Below are positions 10,401-18,766 of a stretch of 64,000 nt of DNA, piece by piece. The notes under the pieces were generated by a model. It was not told the origin of the DNA. It worked only from the letters and a program-made list of their open reading frames with translations, and ran no database searches. The translations under genes were made by a program, and so were the position numbers. The stretch is from a virus. Each line of letters begins with the position of its first letter. Position 1 is the first letter of the stretch. The stretch covers positions 9,958-73,957 of the IMG/VR virus record IMGVR_UViG_3300021389_000014. One strand, given 5' to 3'.

Positions 10401-13400
10401 AATTAAGATTGTATGATATGGAAGCAAAATCTTATATACCATATAGTCCTGTTGCTCTTGGATTTGCGAAGAAAAGCCTAGTAAGATTTGATGGAAACTA
10501 TATAATCTGTCATGATGGCTCTAAGCACACAGCTACGACTAATGAAATTTTTAATATGTACGATACATCATTTGATGTTGTGTCCGCCGCAGTGTATGAT
10601 TTAGAAACTAGAATTTATAATAATATATCGGATAGCAAGACTTCTGTATTCGAATTCTTACCAAGAACTAATACCAGAGAATTTATGAATTATTCTCTTT
10701 TAAATACTATGCTAAAAGAAGAGTGTATAAGTTGGTCATCGGCATACACCGATGGATACGAAGAAGTAAGAATTTTGGATTTTAATTCTGCTGATAAATT
10801 CACTTACAATTACAAATCTGTTACCGAGTATGAAAGTTATAAATCTTTATACAAATATATGTTTAACACGGAACGCCCTCATACACATCCTTGGGAAATG
10901 TTTGGATTTGTTGACGAGCCAACCTGGTGGTCTGCCGCATACAGTTGGGTTGATGTTTATAAACGAGAAAGATTGGTTGATTCTCTTAAAAATGGTTCAA
11001 TTAATTATATTGGAAATCAGACAGAGCCAGACATCGCATACGCATATTACAATTATGATTGGGATAACCAAATATTGGTCACAGAAACGGGAGAATTAAA
11101 TGATCCTATAACTGCGGGAATAATAGATGAAATAGAATTGGGAATTTCTAATTTACATAATAATTTTTCTTTCGGAAATGACATGTTTTTGGTTGAACAA
11201 AATTGGAAAAATACAAGTGATTATATATTTTCACTGGCGAAAGCACTGTTTAGATTAAAACCATATAAGATGTGGAACATATTTTGGAAAAAGAATGATT
11301 TGATTGAATTAAATCAGACTTCAAAATCTATAAAACTATATGATTCTACGAAATCAAGAATTGGCATAAGAGAAAAAAACTTACACTTGTATAAAAATGA
11401 ATTGAAACACGTTATTGGTTTCAAAATTCCCCAAACACAAACAGATTATGGTCAGATTTTATCTGTGATTGCTCCGCAAAATGAATTCTATGGACAAGCA
11501 ACATTCAGTCCTGTTATAAATCAGAGTAGAATTGAGAATATACAAATAATAAATTCTGGATACGGGTATAGAAAAGATTTCCCAGTTATTATACAAACCG
11601 TGAACGGATATAATACTAGCGAAGTTATGGCAGTAGTTGAAGACACGCCAGTTAATACTGTTTTCGGGATGAATGCGTTGCTAGTAGAGCAATATAATAA
11701 TATTACTAACATAGAAGAACTTCTGCATAACACAGAATCTCTTCCCATAATACACCTTGGTGGATATAGTAAAAAAGAATTGCTTAAAATAGAGTTGGAT
11801 GGTAGTTATACTAACGGTAAAATTACTATACCTCCGGAGGATTACGGAATATATCTATCAAAGTCTCCAACAATTGCAAGAATACGATATTCTGGGGTTA
11901 TCGTAAAGAAAACAGAAACTGGCGAATACGAAGTTTCTGGGTATAACACTAGAAATAAAAATTTCATTATTTATCAAGTTAATACTAATGGACAAAGTAA
12001 CGATGTGGTAATAGATCAAACTTACTCCATAACCCGTTACACAAAATTTAAGAATTTAATAGCAGGTGTTCCATACGGAACCCGCTTTAAAAAACGCCAA
12101 GATTTGTATAACTTCTTAACTGGTCTTGAAGAATTTTATAAAAAAATTGGATTTCATGATATGAACTGGGAACAAGGTTCCTTGTCAATAATGAGATGGA
12201 CTATGGCAGAAAATGATTCTAATACCACATGGGAAAATGGGTTAAAAAATAATAGAGTTATATTTAAACAAGGTTCGACTGGAATTGTAAAAGAAATATC
12301 AGATTATGATTCATTTAATAATCCGATTTCTAACGTCCTAAAATCTCCTATATCTCCAAATAATTTTATTTTCTATAGATCGGAGAATTTTACTGAAATA
12401 AAACCAAAAAATGAGGCGAATTTAACAGAAAAAATCTACGGGATAACCATAGACCTGATAGAATATGAACATTTGTTGCATATAAATCAACAAACACGGT
12501 TTGGTGATATAATTCAAAATAATAAAACCGGATTATTCAACGATAGAATAAAGATAAAGGGAGAGCGAACCAAAAACTGGAATGGAAGAATTAATGTTCC
12601 TGGTTTCTTGGTAACTGAAAGCGAAATAGTAAACAACTTTGATAGCAATATCAGAGAAATAGAAAACGATATTTTGAATTCTTACAACAAAACTCTTAAT
12701 ACGCTGACTAGGTATACAGACAAATACACAGTTGGATACCAAGAGAAGCCATATTTTATCGATCTTACCGACACCGAAACTTCGGCTTACGAATTTTCAA
12801 AAGGTGTAAGAAAATACAAAGGAACCACACAAAGCATTGACGCCATATTAAAAAATAAAAACATATTCGCGAATAATAGTGATACTATTTCTGAAGACTG
12901 GATGATATTTTCAAAAGATTATGGCGATAAGAACGTTTCTGATGCAATTCGCGTAGAGGTCCCTCGTGATTTGGTTAAATCTGATCCACAGATAATACGT
13001 TTTAATAACAACACGAGCTATGACGATCCATATGATACCGTCATTGATATACCAAAAGGTTCCAGTAGCTATATATCTGGTAATTTTGAAAATCCAATAC
13101 CAACGTTGCCGCCAAAACCATTTAGTTTGAGAAATGCAGATGATATTAAATATTTTGAAAACTTTGCAAAAACTTCTGGAATTCCGTTTGAGAGCGAAGT
13201 AGATTATGTGGTTGGCGGTATTGGTGATATGCTGGAAGTTTATGAATACTCTAGCGATTATGCAAATGTTCCGCTATGGTCTGGTAACGTTTCGTACAAA
13301 AAAGGTGATATAGTTCGAAAAGGTCCGCGAGTATATCAATATTTGTTAGAAACAACTGGATATAATCAGATAGCATCACAGAGTTACATTAGAGGAAATG

Positions 13401-16400
13401 TGACATTTCCAATTGTTTCGTCTGGTTCTACATTTATAATAGGAGTAAGACAAGCAGATGAAACTGAAATAACTTATTACGATATAACTTTTGAAAAAAC
13501 CCAAGGTGTTGCAGAATACGTGCCTTATGAGTATATTTCGACAGTTGCAAATCCTGTCACAAATGTCGGGAAAAATCTATCGATCAATGGAAACACAATA
13601 GTGTTATCTAGCTCCACGGCTACTAATGTAACTCCTACATCAAATTCAATTACTGCGACTGGAACACTTGCCGATTTTAGTGTTATTGGAGAGTATTTAG
13701 ATCAAATTATAATCGACGACTATCGTATAAGATTGAGTAATATTGATGAGTTGCTTAATTCAAAAATAACTTTATTTACTGCGTTGTCTTCAGTAAATGT
13801 AGACTTACAGAATGTTGGATTAGATTCAGCCGGTCTATATCTAGGTAATATCCCAACTAAAATGAATGCTTTTAGGCAGTCTTATATTTCGGAAACTTCT
13901 TTACAAGATTGGAAAAATTTCTTAAATAATTATTATTCGGGAATATACGAAAATTACGGGTTTAATATAAATTATCTTACAAATTTCTATTCTTCATTGA
14001 ATGGATTTGAAGATTATTATGATGAGTTTGTTGCATTCTATGAGAACGAAATAAGTATATACGAAACATTATTTGGTATTACTATAGAAAATGGTGTTAC
14101 GCAAGTTTCGAGTACAACGTTGAATACTATGATACAATCTATAGAAAACACTTTATATATTACAAAAATTTCCAGATATATAAAATCTGGTGGTATCATA
14201 ATCGGCAGTGACAATATTGCTATTCTTGGTACAACTGATAGTGTTTCTTTAGATTCTCAAGAAATCGTTGATAAAATAAATAATTATTTTTCAAGATTGA
14301 ATTTGTCGGATTCTTATGCTGCGAATATAATTGATGATAAGTTACAAATTGTTAAATATATACCGTTAGCGCAAAACACCGGAAGTTTGTCCATCATTGT
14401 TGATACAACTGGTACGAATTTGGGATTTGAAAACGAAATAAATGTATATAATGTTCTAGACGAATTGGTTACTACTGAATATTTCGTGTCTTTGGAAAAT
14501 TTAATAAACACAATAAATTTTTATGCAATAAATGGAATTGTTGCATCTTCTCAAAACGGATATTTAAAAATAACAAGTAGTAACCCTGAACTCATCATAG
14601 GAGAAGGGACTGCAAATTCTGATATTGGATTGGTAGCGGGAACATATGCTTCACAATTCGTGGATGGGACTATATTATTGGATTTAGATGTCAATGATGT
14701 TGTTGAGCAAATAAACAACGAAAATATACAAAATGTTGTTGCATCAAACATAAATGGTAGCGTTGTTATATCCGCGTCTGTCGCAGAGATAGACATAGGT
14801 GCAGGAACCGCAAATTCTGTGTTAGGGTTTTCTGACATCGATTCTATCGTTACTGTTGGAACAAATGAAAGTGCTGGTAGTATAAGCAATACGTTCAATT
14901 CATCTGAATGGACAACTATCTCCGATCCTATTGACTTTAATATATGGGTAAACAATAATCTAGACCCAATTATTGTAAACACAAGCAGAAGTTCTGGATA
15001 TAATGTTTACCAAGCTATGGATTTTGATCTTGAAATTTTTGAAATATGTCCTGGCACATTTTCAAACGATGATGCGATGATAAAATTCTTAAAACCTCAT
15101 AACTTACAAGTCAATGATTATGTAGTTATAACTGCATCAAATTCATCTCCGAATGTAGACGGCATTCATCGTGTAACTGCCATATATTCAGATACCATAA
15201 TATTCATAGAGAGCTATATAAAAAATAATGGTTCTTATGGAAAATGTTTTCCATTAAGGCCAGTTAGGTTTTCAAACACACAGCAGATGCTTGATAGCGG
15301 ATTTGATCAAAAATATCATTCTGGAATTTATGGTTGGAAACCAGGAATGTACGCATATGTAGATTCTTATGAAGATACGGGTATTCCAGCGGCGTATCGT
15401 TGTATTGACGTGAATTTATTTGGTGCTGTTTATTTTGAATTGATAAGAAAATTCGAACCAATGGCAGACAATTATAAACTAAAATCTGCATACGCGTATG
15501 ACTATGGAAAAATGCAAACAAAAACAGAATTTGAAGTATTTGATCCAGTAAAAGGAATAATACCTGGAATTGCTGAAATAGAAATTGATATAAAAAGTAT
15601 ATATGACAATGCACGATATACGGATTCTACGGATACTGATGAAAAAATAGACATGGACAATTATTGGGCAGACGATCATGTCGGAAAAACGTGGTGGGAT
15701 ATGTCAACCGCAGTTTATATGGATTATGAACAGGGGTCTCTTGATGGGCGTCAACAAAATTGGGGAAAACTGTATCCAACCTCAAGCATTGATGTGTACG
15801 AATGGACAAAAAGCACAGTTCCGCCAGATATTTACGAAGAAGAGGTTATCTCAAATGCAGTAGTTGGTGGCATTCAACTTACCGGAACTCCGTACTACCG
15901 AATCGGAAGATATGGCGACAAAGAATATTACTGGACAGAAAAAACGACATTTGACCGTTCACGCGGAATAAATGAAACTTATTATTATTACTGGGTAAAA
16001 AACAAAACTACTGTCCCGAATAGCAAGAGAAGATACACAACGATTGATTTGGAAAATATAATAAGAAATCCTAGTTCATACGGTATTAATTGGATTGCAG
16101 CAATTTCCAATGATGCAATAATTTTATCTGGATTGGCAGATTGTTTGGCATGTGATAAATCTATTATTAATGTATGGTTCCAAGAAAGCGATGATAGTTA
16201 TCATAAAGAGTATATCATTCTCTCTGAGGAAGAAAAGGAAAAAAAGATACCCTATGATTTGCACAAATCGCTCAGAGACAGTCTTGCGGGATATACGGAT
16301 TATGATATAGAATTAACTTATTCTCCTTGGATGCCATTAAAAAATTATAAGAAGGATGACGTGGTAAAATATGAGGATAGCTATTATATCGCCATGTCAA

Positions 16401-18154
16401 ATAACACCGCCGTTACCCCTGCGCCGCAAATATCTGTTAACCCTGTTGTGTACGATGGTGTGTGGCATGAACTAAAGTTTTTAAATGCTATACAAAACGA
16501 AGATGTGTGGGATATAAAAAGCTATGGATACACATGGGATGATGCTTTATGGGATGACACTGATTGGTCGAGAATATTCCCAGACAATTTGGATAATATT
16601 GACGGAGAATTGTATATAAAGTCATTGAAAAATATACCAGATTATAAAAAACATCCGTTGGTTAAAAATGGTATATCAAAATTCGGTCAAAGTTGGTTTA
16701 AAAATGTTTCAGATGCAAGAAGATCGTTTGTTGAAAAATTAAATCAGACTTTAAAAATGATTAATATGTATGAAATAAGATCAAGTTGGTATTATTCTTT
16801 TAATACAGTATTTCATCCTACTGGTAAAGTGTTTGATTCTTCATTCGTTGAATACAAAGTATCTGATATGTATACATATACAGACTGGTATACGGCGGAC
16901 TATAAAAATATAACAAAAATAAATTATACTATTCAAACAGCAGAAGAAATAGGAAATATTAATCCTTCTTTGGGAGAAACACTAAAAATTATAGGGATCA
17001 AAGACCCAGAAGATGACATCAAACGGTCAAAAATATATATGTATGATGGTGTTGCGTGGAATTTGATATACCACGAAAAAGCTACGATCCATTTTTCTGA
17101 TGACATATGGAATCCAAAAACATCATCAAGAACGTGGTCTGATGATTTATGGGATGTTGATTCTTGGGATAGAGATACTGGTCCATATTTCTTTAAAATG
17201 CTAGATATTTTATATGAAACGGTATTTAATGGAGAACTAAAAAGTTTATACAATGAACTTTGGTTTACTATGCTTAGATATGTTCATAGTGAGCAAGATT
17301 TTGTAAATTGGGCAGTCAAATCCTCTTACTTTAAATTTGTTCTTGAAAATGAATTTACGGAAGACAAAAAGTATAAGAAAGATATAATACAAAATGTTCT
17401 TGATTATATCCAAGATGTGAAGCCATTTACTAGCAAGATGAGAGATTTTACGAATAGAAAAAATATCATTGATAGTACGACTATAGGAATTGCAGAATTA
17501 GATGACATAAAATCGGTCACTTTGAATTACTCTGATGTGTCAACTGATGCAGTGTATAATGGGGATGTAATATTAACAAACACATTTGCTGAACAAGGTG
17601 ATATTGATACGGTAACATCTGACATGATAACTACCGAATATGATTTTATATATGATGGCAACGTCATGGATTATAGTAATGATAAATTTTCAGAAGAACT
17701 AATTCCATCAAGAATGAGAGATGCGGTTGGTATTTTCATTACTAGAAATGAGGTAGGAGACACAGAAACCGACACCACTAAGCAATATGTTATGCATGTA
17801 AACAATAAAAACAAAATTTCGTATAGTATATCTGAAAACACTGATATTTCTCAATTGACAAATAATATACTCAAAACTGATACCTCTATAGAGGTAGATG
17901 ATGGAAGTAAATTCTTGTTTAATTCTGGAAACACTATATCTAAAAGTTCTGGCGTAGCTTGGATAAACGGTGAAAGAATTGAGTATAAAAATGTAATTGG
18001 AAATATTCTTTTGAATTGTGTAAGGGGGACTGGCGGAACTGCGCCACGAGACCATATAGCAGGCGACGATATGCTTTATACCAATAATGAAAATGTGGAT
18101 TATCCACCGATTGAATTGAGCACTATACTGTATGATGCTATCAATTTTAATTAA
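7490..18154 (+). CDS. Very large (3554 aa) baseplate wedge/virion structural protein
   Basis: Uninterrupted ORF after gp6. Contains W-D repeats, two CBM5/12-like motifs (W....Y..GD.V.....Y), 'YI..VKP...K.R' and C-terminal 'I.GERI.Y......L....RG..GT....H..G'. Confidence 0.75.
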   Translation: MKPENTKKVDRNIQSGTTKILQGSRNVTDFLPNIFKTPTNRKFLNSTLENLFSSGTTENINSYWGKVSGSTFDYENDVFNSDTTSIRQNYQFATGFKTSVDSQEVATSYINAIRSLTSNGYAVGDMDRLMAEQEYILDLPINSDMFVNYLNYHWLIDDMPVCVIEPTSSNPIDIDKIVKVNSYTTPVLENGKTLTLVNGMRISFSGVNATSSSGNYFANSIYFVEGVGSGEITLVEQIDRFGKNVFPRAVPYTPYIYRDGWDTSLFDSVEYDDSVYINLLKEYVVMDRMSDDKNAWSRINKWYSIYAITATAEYNEFSISSVINEKTSARRPIIQFDPNMELYNSGKKWKLVIDHHIEGVTEAEIEGNSQYFNNYYYLENGDRVLLTDKDTDTFGVYAVTGVGSNINLTSITSSLAFQKDDKIYVSHSNVDEFIANEFYYEFGKLIRAQQKTHRSDSPLFSLYDSGSKSLNNYNETNFVGNEIFKYKTSDTSILDQETGLNLAYDLNNPEAYSFDIAIESKKYLYSSENGIITNIDGEYFFKKHIHSEQYVSVWSPTKDVQRSKVNEVIVVEKDGQNVSYNISPIEHPNSYIVKINQDNAIWFEKKYGYIYSDGEKNPNITLVRNMDYTINYISNYQSATGIYLDIFDPYGNVPSGVTISNDNTNEIALNVSDSYEYDTLIYKASGYEYYGIIFLVDSIKSYDVLLNGNSATDTDYVYQNGTIKITSSLKKGDVVEFSYYTDQASAPRDIASSFKYNPLNEPVFELNSTEIADHIIKQNIENPFYDGVFVGENTYYKSPKNTTYGGNIRQQIYSPAPHSIFHANENYDILTSIDIIKTDYENFKNIFKSKVTQLWNRNSFDSIRDLVDETLSQINIGKNETFSYARSNMAYYDNFETYTHNVTDTDLTFDISFLKNAYGNKKTSYQLWIITDESTQQEWVPLKEDKDFTLNFDLIKINQEILGSATSATVELRLYDMEAKSYIPYSPVALGFAKKSLVRFDGNYIICHDGSKHTATTNEIFNMYDTSFDVVSAAVYDLETRIYNNISDSKTSVFEFLPRTNTREFMNYSLLNTMLKEECISWSSAYTDGYEEVRILDFNSADKFTYNYKSVTEYESYKSLYKYMFNTERPHTHPWEMFGFVDEPTWWSAAYSWVDVYKRERLVDSLKNGSINYIGNQTEPDIAYAYYNYDWDNQILVTETGELNDPITAGIIDEIELGISNLHNNFSFGNDMFLVEQNWKNTSDYIFSLAKALFRLKPYKMWNIFWKKNDLIELNQTSKSIKLYDSTKSRIGIREKNLHLYKNELKHVIGFKIPQTQTDYGQILSVIAPQNEFYGQATFSPVINQSRIENIQIINSGYGYRKDFPVIIQTVNGYNTSEVMAVVEDTPVNTVFGMNALLVEQYNNITNIEELLHNTESLPIIHLGGYSKKELLKIELDGSYTNGKITIPPEDYGIYLSKSPTIARIRYSGVIVKKTETGEYEVSGYNTRNKNFIIYQVNTNGQSNDVVIDQTYSITRYTKFKNLIAGVPYGTRFKKRQDLYNFLTGLEEFYKKIGFHDMNWEQGSLSIMRWTMAENDSNTTWENGLKNNRVIFKQGSTGIVKEISDYDSFNNPISNVLKSPISPNNFIFYRSENFTEIKPKNEANLTEKIYGITIDLIEYEHLLHINQQTRFGDIIQNNKTGLFNDRIKIKGERTKNWNGRINVPGFLVTESEIVNNFDSNIREIENDILNSYNKTLNTLTRYTDKYTVGYQEKPYFIDLTDTETSAYEFSKGVRKYKGTTQSIDAILKNKNIFANNSDTISEDWMIFSKDYGDKNVSDAIRVEVPRDLVKSDPQIIRFNNNTSYDDPYDTVIDIPKGSSSYISGNFENPIPTLPPKPFSLRNADDIKYFENFAKTSGIPFESEVDYVVGGIGDMLEVYEYSSDYANVPLWSGNVSYKKGDIVRKGPRVYQYLLETTGYNQIASQSYIRGNVTFPIVSSGSTFIIGVRQADETEITYYDITFEKTQGVAEYVPYEYISTVANPVTNVGKNLSINGNTIVLSSSTATNVTPTSNSITATGTLADFSVIGEYLDQIIIDDYRIRLSNIDELLNSKITLFTALSSVNVDLQNVGLDSAGLYLGNIPTKMNAFRQSYISETSLQDWKNFLNNYYSGIYENYGFNINYLTNFYSSLNGFEDYYDEFVAFYENEISIYETLFGITIENGVTQVSSTTLNTMIQSIENTLYITKISRYIKSGGIIIGSDNIAILGTTDSVSLDSQEIVDKINNYFSRLNLSDSYAANIIDDKLQIVKYIPLAQNTGSLSIIVDTTGTNLGFENEINVYNVLDELVTTEYFVSLENLINTINFYAINGIVASSQNGYLKITSSNPELIIGEGTANSDIGLVAGTYASQFVDGTILLDLDVNDVVEQINNENIQNVVASNINGSVVISASVAEIDIGAGTANSVLGFSDIDSIVTVGTNESAGSISNTFNSSEWTTISDPIDFNIWVNNNLDPIIVNTSRSSGYNVYQAMDFDLEIFEICPGTFSNDDAMIKFLKPHNLQVNDYVVITASNSSPNVDGIHRVTAIYSDTIIFIESYIKNNGSYGKCFPLRPVRFSNTQQMLDSGFDQKYHSGIYGWKPGMYAYVDSYEDTGIPAAYRCIDVNLFGAVYFELIRKFEPMADNYKLKSAYAYDYGKMQTKTEFEVFDPVKGIIPGIAEIEIDIKSIYDNARYTDSTDTDEKIDMDNYWADDHVGKTWWDMSTAVYMDYEQGSLDGRQQNWGKLYPTSSIDVYEWTKSTVPPDIYEEEVISNAVVGGIQLTGTPYYRIGRYGDKEYYWTEKTTFDRSRGINETYYYYWVKNKTTVPNSKRRYTTIDLENIIRNPSSYGINWIAAISNDAIILSGLADCLACDKSIINVWFQESDDSYHKEYIILSEEEKEKKIPYDLHKSLRDSLAGYTDYDIELTYSPWMPLKNYKKDDVVKYEDSYYIAMSNNTAVTPAPQISVNPVVYDGVWHELKFLNAIQNEDVWDIKSYGYTWDDALWDDTDWSRIFPDNLDNIDGELYIKSLKNIPDYKKHPLVKNGISKFGQSWFKNVSDARRSFVEKLNQTLKMINMYEIRSSWYYSFNTVFHPTGKVFDSSFVEYKVSDMYTYTDWYTADYKNITKINYTIQTAEEIGNINPSLGETLKIIGIKDPEDDIKRSKIYMYDGVAWNLIYHEKATIHFSDDIWNPKTSSRTWSDDLWDVDSWDRDTGPYFFKMLDILYETVFNGELKSLYNELWFTMLRYVHSEQDFVNWAVKSSYFKFVLENEFTEDKKYKKDIIQNVLDYIQDVKPFTSKMRDFTNRKNIIDSTTIGIAELDDIKSVTLNYSDVSTDAVYNGDVILTNTFAEQGDIDTVTSDMITTEYDFIYDGNVMDYSNDKFSEELIPSRMRDAVGIFITRNEVGDTETDTTKQYVMHVNNKNKISYSISENTDISQLTNNILKTDTSIEVDDGSKFLFNSGNTISKSSGVAWINGERIEYKNVIGNILLNCVRGTGGTAPRDHIAGDDMLYTNNENVDYPPIELSTILYDAINFN

Positions 18155-18160
18155 TAAATA
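18153..18160 (+). promoter_or_regulatory. Late promoter-like motif (similar copies at 3892, 22862, 31964, 34381, 35604, 51773)
   Basis: N-ATAAATA in short intergenic gaps ahead of start codons; chance matches are possible in AT-rich DNA. Confidence 0.55.
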
Positions 18161-18186
18161 CTATCATATATTAACAGGAAGATAAA

Positions 18187-18765
18187 ATGATAAATGATAC
18201 TGAAAATATGAACTTTAATGTAGAAGGTCACGTAAAGATCGTCAATTTAGACAATAATTCTGTTATATTAGATAAACGCAATGCAGTAAACTATCAGAAT
18301 TTTGCCAAAATTATTTCACAGATTTTGGCAAATTCTGGAAGTGGTGCAGGAATTCATTCTATGGCTTTTGGCAATGGTGGAGTGAATATTGATAGTTTGG
18401 GAAATATAACATACAAACCTACAAAAACATTCGGTTCAGCCGGAAGCTTATACAACGAAACTTATTCAAAGATTGTTCAAAATGATCCGGTCGTTGATGA
18501 GTTTAATAATATTTCTTATACTTATATAGACGGCAATAATTATAGTGATACGATTATTACCTCTACACTGGATTATAGTGAGCCGAGCGGTTATCCAGAG
18601 TTTGATACAACCGACAATATAAGTAGCGATTATATTTTTAATGAAATATCACTAAAAACTATAAACGACGAATATCTAACACATATTATCTTCCATCCTG
18701 TTTTGAAATCGCAAAATAGAAGAATTCAAGTAATTTATACACTAAGACTGACTATAGGAGCATAA
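18187..18765 (+). CDS. Baseplate/tail structural protein
   Basis: 'GHVKI.......N.V', 'MAFGNGG', 'F.E..L....THI.FHPV.K..NR.I...Y.L' pattern; preceded by a late promoter motif and RBS. Confidence 0.65.
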   Translation: MINDTENMNFNVEGHVKIVNLDNNSVILDKRNAVNYQNFAKIISQILANSGSGAGIHSMAFGNGGVNIDSLGNITYKPTKTFGSAGSLYNETYSKIVQNDPVVDEFNNISYTYIDGNNYSDTIITSTLDYSEPSGYPEFDTTDNISSDYIFNEISLKTINDEYLTHIIFHPVLKSQNRRIQVIYTLRLTIGA

Positions 18766-18766
18766 A

